Below are positions 46,601-61,100 of a stretch of DNA of 64,000 nucleotides, piece by piece; position 1 is the first letter of the stretch, and the number at the start of each line of letters is the position of its first letter. A model generated the notes under the pieces. That model worked only from the letters and a program-made list of their open reading frames with translations. It made no database searches and was not told where the DNA came from. The position numbers were made by a program, and so were the translations under genes. This DNA is from Klebsormidium nitens. Taxonomy: Eukaryota > Plantae > Klebsormidiophyceae. The stretch covers positions 434,001-498,000 of the forward strand of contig DF236952.1 of assembly GCA_000708835.1 (NCBI GenBank), in the 5' to 3' direction.

Positions 46601-47369
46601 TAGTGAATTGGCCAGAGTCGCTCCACCCGCACTTGAATTAGCTGGCCCAGTATCTCTCTTACAAGCGCAAACCCCATTGCGTCAAACCAACCTTCTGTTT
46701 GTAAACCAGAGGATATGTGCAGATGTAATGAGGGCAGACAAGGCAGGCAGGAAAGCCAGCAACAGCTGAAAGATACAAATGTGCTACAAGCCAAGCTCCG
46801 AGTTCAACGGAGTCTACATGGCTGACATGACATGCCATATGCCAAAACCAGGCGCGATAAAAAAGTCAGCACACCCTCTAGAGAAGCATACCTTCTGCAA
46901 AGGCATATGACAACAAAAACCTGCTGACCTTGTCATGAGCTGCTTTTATTGCATACACGTCCTGCCTCGCCCGCCAGTCCAGGTATCGCACGTCATTCAG
47001 CACGACATCCCAGTTATTCTTGAGCCTGCCACCCTGCTCTCTTGGGTCCGGGACCTGAAAGAGCTCCTCCCACCCCCCATCGTCCGGCCCATTCCGTGAC
47101 TGCCTAGGTGATATATGCACACATTGTACAGCCGATCGCTTGCCGCTCTCCCTGTCTAGTGGAACCCTCTGCCCTGCAAACTCTCCTAAGCTGACTGTAC
47201 CCTGCTTGCGCGCCTTCCTTCCTACTGGTCTCACGCTCTTCACAAGAGCCCTCACAGCCACCCCATGGCTAGAAGGATCGGTCAAGGCCCGGCAGCTCGC
47301 CCGTGCATGCAGTCCCCCAATAGGACCCTTTGCCAAACCCTCAACGCTTACTGCCGCTCCTACCATCAT
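40698..47369 (-). CDS. CAO: Chlorophyllide a oxygenase (Rieske non-heme oxygenase), 10 exons, 590 aa
   Basis: Exons (minus strand): 47369-46929, 45727-45623, 44935-44768, 44341-44210, 43948-43801, 43494-43310, 42943-42831, 42326-42179, 41565-41416, 40880-40698 (1773 nt). Rieske motifs CAHRACPLS and CPYHG and the mononuclear-iron motif [13 protein letters not shown] are present. Also seen: [30 protein letters not shown]. Confidence 0.96.
41951..42142. mobile_element. 192-bp MITE with TA target-site duplication (Tc1/mariner-pogo-like) in CAO intron 8
   Basis: aagTA|ccgtactgctacgtaatttcggcaa ... ttgccgaaatcaaatagcagtacgg|TActt. The terminal inverted repeats are about 25 bp, the interior is AT-rich, and the inferred empty site is the palindrome AAGTACTT. 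Confidence 0.82.
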
Positions 47370-49353
47370 ACTAGCCTGCTGTTCCGCCTGTTCAACCTGT
47401 TTCCATCAACGCAGCATGAGCGATCTCAAATGCACACCTGTTTCCTTGTCCTTTGCCAGCCTTCAAGCCTCGAACATCAACGTCGCTCTACCTGTCCACC
47501 CTACAGAGATCCTTTCCTTCCGAAGTGTTCCCCTCAGCATAAATCAGCAACCAGCACGCTTCTCGCGACAGGGCTGCTCAAACCAGCAGGAGTCAGCTGT
47601 TGCTTCAGAAAGACATAGGCGGTCACATGCGCCATGAGGAAGGCGAATCCGCGGCACACGATGTCCTGCGCGAGCGCACCAGCAGAATGTGCAATCTAGT
47701 GTAGGGAGCGCTTCCTTTTTGCTTGGATTGAAGATTTCGTATACTCTGATTATTTGCAAATTTCCCACCCCACACTTTCAGAAGTTTCAGCCAATCCAAA
47801 CTGCGGCTTTTCTGTGGCGCGGGCACCGGCAAGCCTATCGAAGTGGCTGAATCAGATTCTCTGATCATGGTCGTGGCCGCGCCTGGGCCCGCAAGCGGGC
47901 GACGTACCGAGAGGCGAATCTGGCTTTCAGCCAATCAGACGCCAGCATTTGATAAAGTGAATCGCAGATATTACAAGATAATAGGAGCCTGCGAGCTTTG
48001 ATACCTGGATAGCGCCTCGGTAGATAGTCACCGGCTGGTCGATTTGACTTGCTTCTGGGTCGTTCTGGTTGGAAGTACGCCCGGTTCTCTGATTCCGCCT
48101 GTTTTTTCCTCGGAAAAGTCCATAACCGTCCAAGGCCCAGGCATGTTGGACGGTTTGTAATCCGTCGATACTGCAAGTTACTTATAAGCAAAAATCGACG
48201 GTCCAAATGCCCTCAAGCAATTCAAGCACTATAACCGTCGATGGCAGCGGCCAATGCGGCGGATCTTGATTGACAAATGAGCTCCACGAGCTAAGCTGGC
48301 CGCCCTCCTAGCCTGAGCTCATAGCAGTACGGTAGTTCATCTGCATGACCGGACAAACTCACTGAACCAGAGTCCGTGTGTTCCCCGTGTGATGACAACC
48401 CTTAGTAAGCTTCAAGCGGCAACAAGGCAATTGTTCACTTTTCAGAATGCACAAAATCACGGATGCCAGTCATCTTGTATTGTACCCCGGCCCAATGCAT
48501 TATTCACACTGGCCGCCGCCGGCATGCAATCATGGTGACCGCAAGGCCGGCACTGCAATATGTGTTGTCAGTGTGCATAATGCAATGTACATGGAATCTC
48601 TATCGCATGATCACCATTGCTTCCTGCGGGGCCAGAAGTCTAATGACGTGACTGCATGCTAGCTTTCACACGCGTTTCGCTTGTAGTATGATATACATGT
48701 GGGGTTGACAGGTAGTATATGGGACAAAAGCCCGAATCATCGCGAATGATTAAGCGGGTCACAGTGCAGAAGTCCATCAGCCTAGGATCTGCAGCAGTGC
48801 AAGGTGTGACGGCCGCCCCGCCTAGACGCCCGACGATCGTACACTTTCGACGCTCCGGTGCCTCTTTCATCGTAATGCGAGAGGCCAGTTCACCCGACCA
48901 CTTGCAAGTCTCCCACTCTGGATGCGTGGACTTCAAGCCTGGCTGGTGATGCGACCTGACGAGGTCATCATTGATCAAGTTCAACGCCACGTCATTTTGT
49001 AGATTCAGTATACCTCCGTCTCTTTCCTAGCGACCCACTCGAGATGTCCAAAGCTCTATGCAATGATGGATGCAATGTTGCAGCGTCGTTGCTTATGCTC
49101 AAGCAACCTTCTATCCAAAAGGTTTGAGTCGTCAGTCTCAATGTTCCAATGCGAGTGTCCCTACATGCCTGCACTGTCTTAAAACTAGCGCAGGTCGCAG
49201 TTTCTGCCGAGACCCTTGGCTTGCTGCGACCGTGCTTTATTTCTAGACTCGCTCGGGAATCTACTAAGGCTAACTTTCCAATTTTGACAGGAAAGAATTG
49301 TTTCGATTCGAAACTAGAGAGACCGCCTCAACGCTGTACACTGTGTCCGTCGA

Positions 49354-52300
49354 TCATCGAACAAAAGGTAGCAGGAAGTACTCCGCATAGAATAACTGCA
49401 GTTGGGAGAGTAGCGTCAGTAAAAGTACTGACCAACACACAAACCTTTGTAGGACAAAGGACGGCCTTTCATCAGGATATGACGAAGGCGGGTACAGCAA
49501 GAAGGAGCAAGTCCGATGTCATCGGAAAGACTGTAACCAAGTGGTGAAGTGTCAGGCGCGAGAACGGCCAAAGAAGCGCACGAAGGGCTTACGGTTATTG
49601 GAAAGCATGGTTGGGGGAAGAGTACGCCCCGCGAAAGAAGCACAATCAGAGCTAACGAACGACCACAGAAGAGAGGGAAAGATGGACCGAGCAGAACGAA
49701 AGGCCGGAGCGGGAAACAAAAGTGAGAACGGCTGACGGAAGCAAAAGTCGACGGATAATGTGGATCGAGCCAAGCTGGACAAGCGACGGCTCGGACAGAC
49801 CGAATGACAGGCAAAAACAAAGAGAGAAGAATAAATGGGACCGGAGGAAGAACTGGCAAAGGACGGAACTAGAGACGAGAACGGCCTACCTTCCACACAA
49901 ACATGTAGAAGCCGACAATGGACGCCTTCTTGGCGAAGTCCACGTGGCGGGCCCTATGCCACAGGATGCCCCCAAGCGCCGCATGCGCGCCAACTGTCAC
50001 CACCTTGCTCCACAGCCGGGAGCACGTGAAGCCCACTCCGATTGCGCCCACGTATGCAGCGCCCAGAAGGCTGACGCAGATCCAAAACATCTGGGGGGAA
50101 AGGACGAGGGAAGAGATCATTTTAGAAATAGGCGCCAGTCGGTTGTAACTTGAAACAATCCCAATCCCCTGTGCCTATCCGCTTTCTATGAAACATCTCG
50201 TTTAGGGACTGCGGTAGCGGAGTCTTATCAAGGAAGCTCGCACCCCGATTTGGGGCAGATATTGTTTCCACCGGAACGACTCAAGCGGGTCGGATAAATG
50301 ATTGTGGGGGTTTTATGCTCAATTAACTCGTGCTCCAATGCAGAAGGACAAGTTGGCAAGCCCATTCTAAACCTCGACTCCTTCGGAAAGCACGCATCCA
50401 AGAATGAACCGCCGAGAGCCGCTCGTCGACGAGGAACAAGACAGAAGTGGTTGAATCTTCGAAGTCTCGCGTTTTGCGATTTACCATGTTGGTGCGCAAC
50501 AGCGCAGAAGAGAAAAGCAGAAAAGCAGCACACGCAGCATAAGCTGACACCGGAAATATCCCAGCAGAGAGCCATGGATCTCGAAGAGAGGGAAAAGCGA
50601 GCGCGCCATTACCTTTTGCTGCCCCATCCGCACGGTAAAGGACTGAATGTTGAATTGCCGGTCGCCCTCTAGATCAGGAATGTCCTGTAACAACGGACAA
50701 TTCGCTTAGCTACAATCGTATGCTGCAGAAATTTCTGAGTTCCTGTACTGCATCCTGAAATCCCGCAAGGGCAAGAAAAACCCCAAACTCAAAAGGTGCA
50801 CAGATTTCTGTAAACGCAGAGAAGCTTCGCTTTCAGCTTCCTCTTTGCTCTCTTTGCGTTTAACGTCACAGGGACGCTTTTGCAATCCAGGCGCAGATGC
50901 GACCAGCCAGTCCCGAATGCCACTAAAGGCTGTTTACCTCTGGTGCAATATCGCAATATTGTTCTAACCCAAGTCTGAGAAGCTGACATGTGGAGACTTC
51001 CAAGGAACAGCTACTGGCTCGCCACAACACACATGGCGCACTAATATTCTGGGGGCCATTCACACTGCCTCCGACTCCTCACCTTGCAGAAGGCGATGAC
51101 GAGGGAGAATACGCTCATGAAGGCGGTGCCGAAGAGGACGGGCCGACTCAGCACCGCAGTGCGCTTGAGGACGGACACCTGGACAGACGACCAACTTTTG
51201 TCCCGTCTCTAGTTGTTCCGCAAGCCTTAAAATGGAAGAGGGTGGAACCGGGCTCGTAGACAGGTCGCTTGACTGCCCACCTCCCGCAATCTACGACCTT
51301 TTGCCATCGACAAAGCTTAGCAGGCGAGAATCGGACGGGGAACACGCCTGTCATTTTTGCCCTTCTGATGAACCTTGTGATTGAGAGTACGTTCTCGCAG
51401 CTTTGAGAGGCCGTCTCAAACAAGTCATACCACGAATACACAAGTCGTGCGCTCTCGCTTGGGTTGAGTAAACATACTTGTGTAAGCGACTCATGCGCTC
51501 CAGTCATCAAACCTTGTTAAGAAACCTTTTGGTGCATTATTTGAAGGTCGAAAGAAAGGGATGGGGCCGGAATGGGAGAAAGCTGTGCAAATCAGAGCAG
51601 TGCAAAGCGTGCTTAGCGCACAATGGAAAACGGTCAAAGAAGACTCTGTGCACGACGAAGTTGGGCCCCTGACCTCCCCAGGAGACTCATAGCCCCTTGG
51701 AAGCAGCGTCACTAACGACTAGTCGGACGAGTATGGTTAGAGAGCAGTCACCCTTGGGTTACGGCCTGGTCACCTGCTCTTGTCAACGTAGACTCACGCT
51801 GATTGCAACCTACAAACGAGCCGAGAGCGCAAGTTTCATAATTCGCAGGCTTGCTTGACCACTTGGTTTCCATGCTTAACTGGTACGTTTGTTAATCGTA
51901 GTCAACTGGCTTAACTAAAGGCCGGGTTAGACCACGGTTTGGGCATGGTTACCTGCATGTGGAGGTAGAACCCGATTTGGACGAGGACCGCTCGGACCGC
52001 GAAGATGCACCCGGCAGCGAGGATGGGGTACTTCTTCCACCGCAAGAAGGGGAGCTGCACCCGAAACACGACGACTCAATATGCATAATATGCTAAAAGC
52101 GGCCTTCAAAAGTTTAGAAGGTCTGAGCTCAACTTCAGTTTCTCATAATCCGACGAGGACCTGAGATAGTTCAGGTCTCGTCGTACAACTATGGCGAAAG
52201 AGCTTTGAAAGGCGGATCACAAGGAAGACCAGATCCGCGCACTCGCTTTCATTACGGTACGCAGACCTCAGCAGCAGTCTGATGAATGGTGAATGTACTC

Positions 52301-55300
52301 GTCTGTTTCGCAGTTCAGAGAATTGATACTCGGTGGAAAAAGGCCTCTAGTAATCCAGGTCGGTAAGCAAAACTGAGGTGTGCCAAAAGAGACCGACTGA
52401 GCAAATTCTTCTCTGAGTTCACTGGCGCACCAGCATACCAGAAACTCTGCTCAGTTTTAGAACCCCGACAGGTACCTGATTAGAACGGCCCAGCAAGTTC
52501 TTAAGTAAGTGACCTTTCAGGAGTCGCATCTCATTTTGCAGAATTGCTAACAAGCTAACTGACGCAGAAAGTGAACCAAGACAAGTCGTTCGCTGTTCTC
52601 GTAAAGTCGAACCGAACCGGAGCCGCCTTCGAGCGAGGCAAGTCCGGCCGCAGCCCAGAAAAACGTGAACGAAATTCTGCAAAGATTGCGCCCCCGCAAC
52701 GCTCTTGCAGTCCCTCTTCCTAGAGCATCAAATATCACGCTCACCAAATCTCACGCTATTCTTAGGCAAAACTTGCATGCGTACGTTCCTGACTTATCCA
52801 CGCAATGACGTGGTTCTTCAAACCCAGATCCCCGGCCCTCTGACTGCAGATCACTCCGGCGGTTTCTTAAAGAAGACAACCACATCACACTCACGTCGGT
52901 CGAGTATGCAAAGCCGAGCAGCAGGCTCAGCGAGAGCGTCCAGAGCAGCGGCTGAGACCCGACTGCCAGCCCAATGAGCAGACTCGCGATAGCGGATGCG
53001 GCGACCAGGCCCACGCCCTGCGCCACTGAAAATTCGCCGGACGCGAGCGGGAGCGTCGGCTTGTTGATCTGCGCGACAAAAGAGCGTGATGAAGCGGTTT
53101 GGAGCTACTTCCGACGTGCGAGATCGCCACAAGACCGAGAAACTCGATTGAAAACATGTAAATATATTCGTCGACGGTTGTTGGACGCTTCTCAGCTGTA
53201 CGGTGCGCATTATGTACGCGAGCGAGTGTGCGGACATCCGGAGTGGGTGCCAACAATTCAGGAAGAAATCATCTGAGAAGTCCACCTCGAAGGAGCACAC
53301 CCCTCGAGACTTCTACCAAAGGCCTATCAAATGCGACAAGCCCATGCTGGAAACAAATGTCAATGTTATCCATAGTCCTGAGGGCTCCGTTGGCAGGTCA
53401 AACCGTCAAACGAGTAAGAAAGGAAACCCACTCATCGCGTGATAAGGGGCGCGTTGGAAGGTTTCACCTTAAGAACCGGTCCCAGAGGAGGCAGTCTAAG
53501 ACCCAGGATTGTACGATAGACGTTCGTAACATGAAACACAATAGGATCCCTATCCAATCCCTCCTTCGTGATGACCTCTCTTCCAAGAGTTATAACCACA
53601 GGAACGAGGGAGCCTTACAGGTAATGGTCATCGACCAACACGTCAAGACCTCAGAAGATCTAGGGTCAAGCTTCTTTCCAGGAATTGCACCCACCTTATC
53701 GATCTCGATATCGTAGACTTGGTTGAGCCCCACGATCGCCACATTCGCTTGCAGGGCCGGAATGAGAGCCTGGAGACATGGGTAAAAGAAACGTCAGAAC
53801 GAACACAAGGTAAATCAGCAAGTCAGCCCCAGAAGAGGAGAGCAACAGGCGTTGTAGGATCTTCAATGAGGGTAGACTAGATCGGTGTTTGTAGAAGCAA
53901 CCGCGACAGGCAAAATGCATATCGGAAGTGATACCACTGATCGATTGGGGCCTGTGCTGACACTCGACGGCTTGCAGTCGCGTGCTTCTTTCTTGTATCC
54001 TTTCAGAACGCCGAACTTAGAAGCACTTTGTCGATCGTGGCCTAATATTGCTCGCTTCCTGACCATGCATCGTTCTCAAGTCCCGACTCATACAAAAAGT
54101 AAGCCGCTGTAACAGCGAAAAAATCGATTGCACGTTTACATACGAGCTTTTGGAACTTTCTATCATTTACCACAACCTGTTCTACATCACTTGACCTCCC
54201 GTGTACCCCTGGATGATAGCAGATTCCAACCCTCGAAGTACAGACGGGGTAGAAAAGCGAAAAGAGGCAACGATCGAAGCTCTCACTGAGATGGGTGTTA
54301 TCAACCAGCCGACAAGTCCGCAGCAGCTTCGAAGTTCTATCATAAACATAAACAGCGCTGAACGAGCCGAAGGAAGCTGTACGTTTTCATCCTGATACTC
54401 AAAGATCAACACAGAAATCTACAGTACTCGGTATCTTTTGAAAGCCTCGGGCGTACCTGTAGAATTCCGATGAATGCCTTGTGACTGAAGTCGGCGGGAC
54501 TGGTCATCGCGAGCAGGGACACCGAGACGATGCTGAGAGACTGGGGCAACAGGCAAAGGGTGTCAACTCGATGCTTCTCGAGGTTGGGATGTAGTGCACT
54601 CTTTGCTTCGATGCAGGACTTTGCTTGTTACCATTGATCGGGCATAGTTAGTACCTCGTAGGCAAGTTGCAGACTACCATATTTACTAGGGACTTGATAA
54701 GTTGCCCTTTTCCGTATCAACTTCTCTGATGTCATTCTCGAGAGTGCTTGAACAAGCTAGATCCTTGACATTGGGCTCGTCCATTCACCCAGCAAGGATG
54801 GCTCTGCGAAAATCTTCGGATTCTGGTTCCTGTTCCTTCCACACAATGAGCACAGTCCAACAGGACCCAATCCCATTGTGAAATTGTCTAGCGGTGACTC
54901 TTGCGAATGGCCCTCCCAGGCAACGAGAAGCTTCACACGTTGCCTGGTGATCTGAGTCGAGGATGAAGCATGAGCAAAGGACACCAAAACGACCCGCTAA
55001 GGAGCTAGTTGTCTGCTTGCTTGTTACTGAGACAAACAGCTGAGAACAGATGGATCAGACGTCTCTCTGCTGCCGAGCCACCTTGCTCTTCTCGGGAAAA
55101 ACTGACTTATTTGTTTTTCCAATTCTCCATTCTCCTGCATACCGCATTCTCCTGAATACCGCTATCCCGATACCCCGCAAACCGAGGCAGTCAGTGGACT
55201 TTCTGAAGGTGGGGTTCCACTCGCTTGGGGTTGAAAAAGAGTTGAGTATCCAAGCTTGAAACGACGTCTCACCGTGCCAATGATTGTATGGGGTCTCGCA

Positions 55301-56224
55301 AAGCGCACAAGAGCGTCCGAGAATGCAGTCACCTCGTCCCATGCTCTTTGTAGCCCAACCTGCGTGTACAATGGGCATCAATGAGCCCCCAAAAGGCTTG
55401 CTGAAAGTCCTGCAACATTTCCTGGTTTCCCGCTTACTACTTCAGGTCAAAATGGGCAGTTTCTCACTTCTGAGCGCACCTGCTGAGACGCGATCGCAAC
55501 CTTCCCTTTCCTCATTCTCCTGACTCAATGTCGGGAAGAAGGTATGAGCAAAGTAAAGTCCTGAACAGGGATAGTAATCCTTATTGATAAAGTGGGTATG
55601 GAGCAGTCTCGTCCAAGAGTTGACGTTCAGGTTAAGGCTTACTAGTCCTAACGCTTATTATTCCCACTGGAGGATCACGAGTAGAGTCTTCACCTTCTCG
55701 GACCCGATAAGAGCCTCCCCATCTTCTACGTTGAGGTGCCCGGCCGTCGCTTGCGCAACGCCCGTTCTCGCCCGCTTGGCCCGCTGCTGCCGCTGCTTTT
55801 GCAGGGGAGTGTCCAGCTTCTCGCTGACGTCAGCATCGTCTCCCCCGTCGATTGCCAGGGACGACGCGCGAGGCCCCTGGCGGTGGCGCTCATTGGGAGA
55901 GCGGCGCTCTGCAGGTTGGAGTGCTTGTCAGTGGAGGATTTGGGATCAACCAGAAAGTGTTTGAATCTCCAGCGTCTCATCTCCAGATCAGGAATACTCC
56001 TCCGGCGGCTGACTTCGAAAAAGTTCAAAACTTCCTGATCCACATGATGCCTCTACATGGTTGTGAACTGATCCAGAGGACCCCTCATGAGCTGCACTTT
56101 GATCCGGAGGACGCGTCATCTGCCGACAAAATCCAAGCGAACAACTCGTGAAACTTTCTGAGATGTAGGACATGTACAACCACGTCGGGAAGTAGTGAGA
56201 AAGGCCAGGAGAGCGGATGAGCAT
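49354..56224 (-). CDS. VTE2: Homogentisate phytyltransferase (UbiA family, tocopherol biosynthesis)
   Basis: Exons (minus strand): tentative exon 1 ~56224-56012, then 55908-55694, 55359-55273, 54540-54457, 53769-53695, 53068-52895, 52054-51953, 51178-51083, 50684-50613, 50090-49890, 49395-49354. Motifs seen: [50 protein letters not shown]...SFTVRMG, LFYAEYFLLPF. These are HPT-type rather than HST-type signatures. The first exon is uncertain. Confidence 0.9.
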
Positions 56225-58121
56225 GCAGCATTCCGAGCGGACAATAAAGCGAGAGAGAGAAGCCTCGGAACATATTCATTGGCAACCCGGGTGGTGCGTC
56301 TTGTGCACTATCCTTGACACCACTTGTCAGATGCCAGTCTCTGGTTGAGGAAGAGTTGGCAAACATAGAAAAAGTGATGGGAGAAATTGTGAGGTTTGGG
56401 ATCCACTGGGCAGCGCTAGGATGTGCAAAATGCGTCAGCTTTGAAGCGATTGCGATGATATCAGCCCGACAAATCAGCAATGTGCATGGGTTTCTATGTC
56501 TCAAGAAAAGCATCCCTGTGTGTTGTCTCCATAAAATCTCTGCTTTGATCCAACCTCCGCAGTTGATCAGCTAGCAACATTCAGACAAGTCTGCTGGTTA
56601 ATGTGGACGAATGCAGGAGAAGCGGTTTCTCACAGCAAAAGCTACATGCAATTTACAATCACCTCATACATTTATTTGTCAAGATCAGCAAGTTGACCAA
56701 GGCTTCCGTGATTCAACACTTGCAAACACGGCAATGCATGCAGCATTGGAAAATGTAATCCTAGAAAGCCATTGTCTTGCCTTTCTAGGCCTCATCTCTT
56801 GTTCATGCACTGGCAGACTAAAAAGCACCGGCACCATAAAGAACGACCTAGACAATTGTGCAAATTCCAACTTAGCGCACACTTTAACCAAAACACAATC
56901 ATACCAAACAGAGCACTCAATACCCCTGACAAAACTGTGAGTTCGCTTCAAACGAAACGCAAATCTGGGAAAGCTGCTGTTTACCTGCTTCCTTCGATCC
57001 ATGCAGCCGCGCCGGAAAGCTCCTCACTCCTAGATCTCCAGACAAAAACCTCCTTCTCCCGTTCCCATGCGGACAGCAATCGCTGATCGCAGCTGATTTC
57101 CACACAGCAGTCACCGATTGCTGCTTTGCATCGATCGGGAGGGCTTGCCTGGGACTATTTGACGAATTTTGCAAAGACCGCGCTGCAGAAAGGAGTGGTT
57201 GAGTGCCCCCATGGCAGGCGGTGAGGGCACCCATGCGTGGTCCGGAAAGGCTGATCTAAAACTCGGTTGAGTAGAACCTTTTTCTTCTTGTGCTGCCACA
57301 AATCGAATCACACAATCGCATTCGATTCAGAAGGTTGAACCGGAATGATGTACTGGCATAAACGCTCCCAGCAAATTGGGTTCAGGGTGCAAGGATATGG
57401 ATGCTGAAGTGTGCAGCTTTCAATCTGTGCATGTACAGGGTGTCTGATGATCAACCACGGCTGAGAGGACTGCGCGTCGAGGAAGCAACAGACGCCCCAG
57501 CTCGGCAAAAGCAGGCTAGCCACTGTAGCTTTCAAGTTTCCTTCGAGTTCAGGCAGAGCTAGACTTGAAGTTGAAGTTGAAAGTTGAAACCTGATTGAAA
57601 AGCTGAAGTGTGCGTCTGCCCAGAAAAGCATTTTGATTGGCCGGCGAACCCAGCTTTTTGGAAGTATCCCGTCCACGTGACACATTCGTGGCTTTACATT
57701 GGTAGGAAGCTGGGGCCATTTAATGCACCATGATGCCAGGTGGCAGCTTGAACAGTTGGAACCTGGACCTTTTCGCGCGCATTCTCACGCTTTGCCCCGA
57801 GCAATTTATCCCGTCTGGTGTCAATGATGAACACCAACGTTCATTACGTTTACAGGAGACACACAGACGAAGCAGAGCCGCCCGGGACTTAGCAAGGGGT
57901 TAGCGGGGGTTTCTGCCAGCGCATGCTGGCAGTGGAAGAAACATCATTCTTTCAGCATGCCCGGGCCCTCGTGTGCTTCATCCGTCACCGTTCTCTTCAG
58001 CAGCATTTTGTTGTCCAGATTGAGTTTTGTCTGAAAGTTGTCGAGAATCAGTTGCAGCGTCTGAGGAAGAATCCGTTTTCAGACCTTGCTGAGGGCTTGC
58101 TGTTCAGGTGGGCAAAAGTCA
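56225..58121. promoter_or_regulatory. Putative shared (bidirectional) upstream region of VTE2 and VTE4
   Basis: About 1.9 kb separates the divergently oriented start codons and contains no recognisable gene. The function is inferred from position only. Confidence 0.45.
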
Positions 58122-61100
58122 ATGGCATCAGCAAAAGCCCTCCTGTGCAGGAGCTCCTTCCAACCGCTTTCTCTGACTGAAAGCTGCAGCAGCCTGTCTC
58201 TAGAACCCAAAAGCATTCAGTGCAGACTGCCACTCCCAGTCTCCAAGTCATTTCGACATAGATCTAAGGATTCCTTTGGTTCCTCTAGCAGCCTGACGTT
58301 CGGCAGGCAAGCACGGGTAATCTGCGCAGTGAGCACGGTTCCTGAGAGGACCGTGCCTGAGTTGAATGAGGGGATCGCGGGGTTCTATGATGAGTCGTCA
58401 GGCGTTTGGGAGGAGATCTGGGGCGAGCACATGCACCATGGATACTATCCCAAGGGTAAGCTGGTCTGGCTGCTCGAGGCTGCTCTGTCCTTCTGATCCT
58501 GGTTGCCCATCTGCTCAGATTTTTGGCATTGAGCAGGCAGTAATTTCTGTGTGCTCTGTTTCAGTAGAATCTGGACTTTGACACAAATCTCACTGGCCGG
58601 GGTTCCTGCGATCACTAACCAACAATCGGCGCCTGGAATTACAAACGGCACAGCTAGAGGTTGCCGGACAAATTAGCAAAGTGCTTTCGAAAGGAGGTGC
58701 CTCCCTGGTCGATATCATGGATAGGTATTTCCTCATCCTGACATAAGTCAATGCCAGCATCAAAAGGAAGATCACTGAGAGTTCTCAGAACTGGTGTTTC
58801 CCACCTGATCTCAAGGAGGATGCGAGCATGTTGGGTTTCAAAAGCTGACAGCAGTACCCTTGTGGAGAAGGCTGATTGATGGTCGCACAAAGTCAAACGC
58901 AACAGAAGCAGGGGATGGTAATCCATTTGGCTATGCTGGCATCGTTGGCACCCAAGGTCTTGCTCAAAGCTTTTTTTTGCGCTGGTGCAGGAGAGAAGAA
59001 GGATCACAGGGAGGCGCAGATTGACATGATTGAGGAGACCCTCAAGTGGGCGGGTGCAACAGGTGAGCCTTGGAAGCTGCAGTTTTCCTCGAGCCTCTCC
59101 TTTTCGTTGTCTCTCCTCCCTTTTAAGTGCAGCCAAGCTGACTTTGATCAAGAGTTAGGTGACAATCAGACCTAGGGGATGGGATAAGGAGGGGGATTGG
59201 AGGGGTAAGGTTGCTGAGCAGTCACTTTTGGGGGTTAGGAGTACCTGCTTTGCTGCCACATCAATGATCCTCAATTTTGTGAATCTGATCGTGGCATTGA
59301 TCAAGCCTGACCCAGTCAACGCCAAGTATCCAACCTTAAGCCCCTTCTTCCAACTACTGGTCTTATCGGTGTGTCAAACAGAGGTCAGACACATGGAAAA
59401 CGAGCAGCACCTTCCGAAAGAACCCAGGCGCATAGGCAGTCACCATTCATGAATGTTTATCGAGACTTCTTTGGAAACTTGCCAACTCTGGTATCTCCAA
59501 GCTTCCAAGCCTCAAACAATGATGCAACGATGATGAGATAGGTTTCCCAATGTCCAAAATACATGTGTGAGGAAGGCCCGTCGCTGTCTTCAGTTTCAAC
59601 TGCGACCATGTGGTTCACGTCCGAATGCTTCTGCACAGATGCGGAGGGAGTCTCAGCAGGTGGAAGATTTGCTTACGCTGTTCGGAAAGCCCTTTATCAC
59701 AAGAGGTGATGAACTGAGTGAAGAGTCCTCCTCTGCTTTCTCTCGCAGGCGCAGGAACCCCCGCTCCCAAAACCGTCGTGGACGTCGGGTGCGGCATCGG
59801 CGGAAGCTCACGCTATTTATCGCGGAAGTTTGGGGCAAAGGTTACGGGAATCACCTTGAGCCCGGTGCAGGCTGCCAGGGCCGGAGCGCTTGCTCGGCAA
59901 CAAGGGCTTGCCGACAAGGTAAGAACCACTGTTCGCTTCTGGCTTCAAGAAAAGACAAGAAGGACTTGCAAGGATCGGCACGAATTAACACTCACGTCTG
60001 TGTAATATTCTATCAGGAACCCTGACGTTGCAACCGAGCTGTTGCAGGCATTGTCGAACTCGGGTAGGACCGGGAATTTTTTCGGTCGTCAGGAAAAAGC
60101 AGAAACACTCTCTGAAAGGAGAGCTTCTGTTGAGTTCCCCTCTGGAGGCCGTTAGTTGCCTAGATTGCCCCTTTTGCCCGCGTTACAGTATGTCCGGTTC
60201 TTGTTCCACTTAGCTCCGACCAGACGTCGCATTTCTTCCTTAAGTATTCCCTCTCGATGTAACGACCCCTCCCTTTGCTTGCTGGTAGGAAGGTGGATCG
60301 GTTCGCTTGACGGACGGGACTGCAAAGAGCATGACCTTGCATTTTCATGGCAAGACTCTCCCCCGCTGAATTCCAATGGTAACACGTACTTCTTTCAACC
60401 ATGTAGTATCGCTTATCCCCTGCTCTTATTCAACGCGTGCAGGAGTCGTTTTGAATGTCGCAATACAAGCCCTCAACCTCTCGAATATGGATCTCAGTCT
60501 TTTCGATAGGGGAACGGTCTCTCCTGCTGACTTAAGCTCGGTCCAACAGCACTGTCTCTCGGCGCTCAAAAATGAGGACAACAAGCCTCGTGTTAGCAGC
60601 TTGGCTAATTTGCGATTGGGCCCGCTTTGCAGGTGTCGTTCCAGGTAGCCGACGCATTGAACCAGCCATTCGACGACGGACAGTTCGACCTCGTGTGGTC
60701 CATGGAAAGTGGGGAACACATGCCCGACAAAACGAAGGTGAGAGGCGAAAACCCCTGTGCAAACCAGTTAAAAGGCCACCCGTCGTTCCGCAGCTTCCAG
60801 CGGATTGGACCTTTGCATCTCATGCAGAAAGTAATAGCTTTGATGGACAACTTCACTCAGCCGATCCAGCCTTCCGCACTCTTGTTCCCAGGTCAAGAAT
60901 TCTCAGCCGCTCGCTCTTACCGTTCGCATTTCATGAGTTCAGCACTTCGTTCCCTCGCAACTTTGAGAGCATACGCGTCAGATGATAAGGAAAGCCTGTG
61001 CCTGCTCTCTACATCTGACGTCACCCGCTGCATAAGTCCTGACTGTGACGTCTTCCGCCCCCCGCAGTTCGTGAACGAGCTCATACGTGTTGCCGCGCCA

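Noticed and set aside
52152-52182. Small hairpin gacgaggacctga...tcaggtctcgtc in a VTE2 intron
   Set aside because: It is too short and isolated to imply function.
49354-56224. Calling the UbiA gene homogentisate solanesyltransferase (HST)
   Set aside because: [20 protein letters not shown] and SFTVRMG match HPT/VTE2 signatures better than HST (KDLPDVEGD, GINQ, PIAAGDL).
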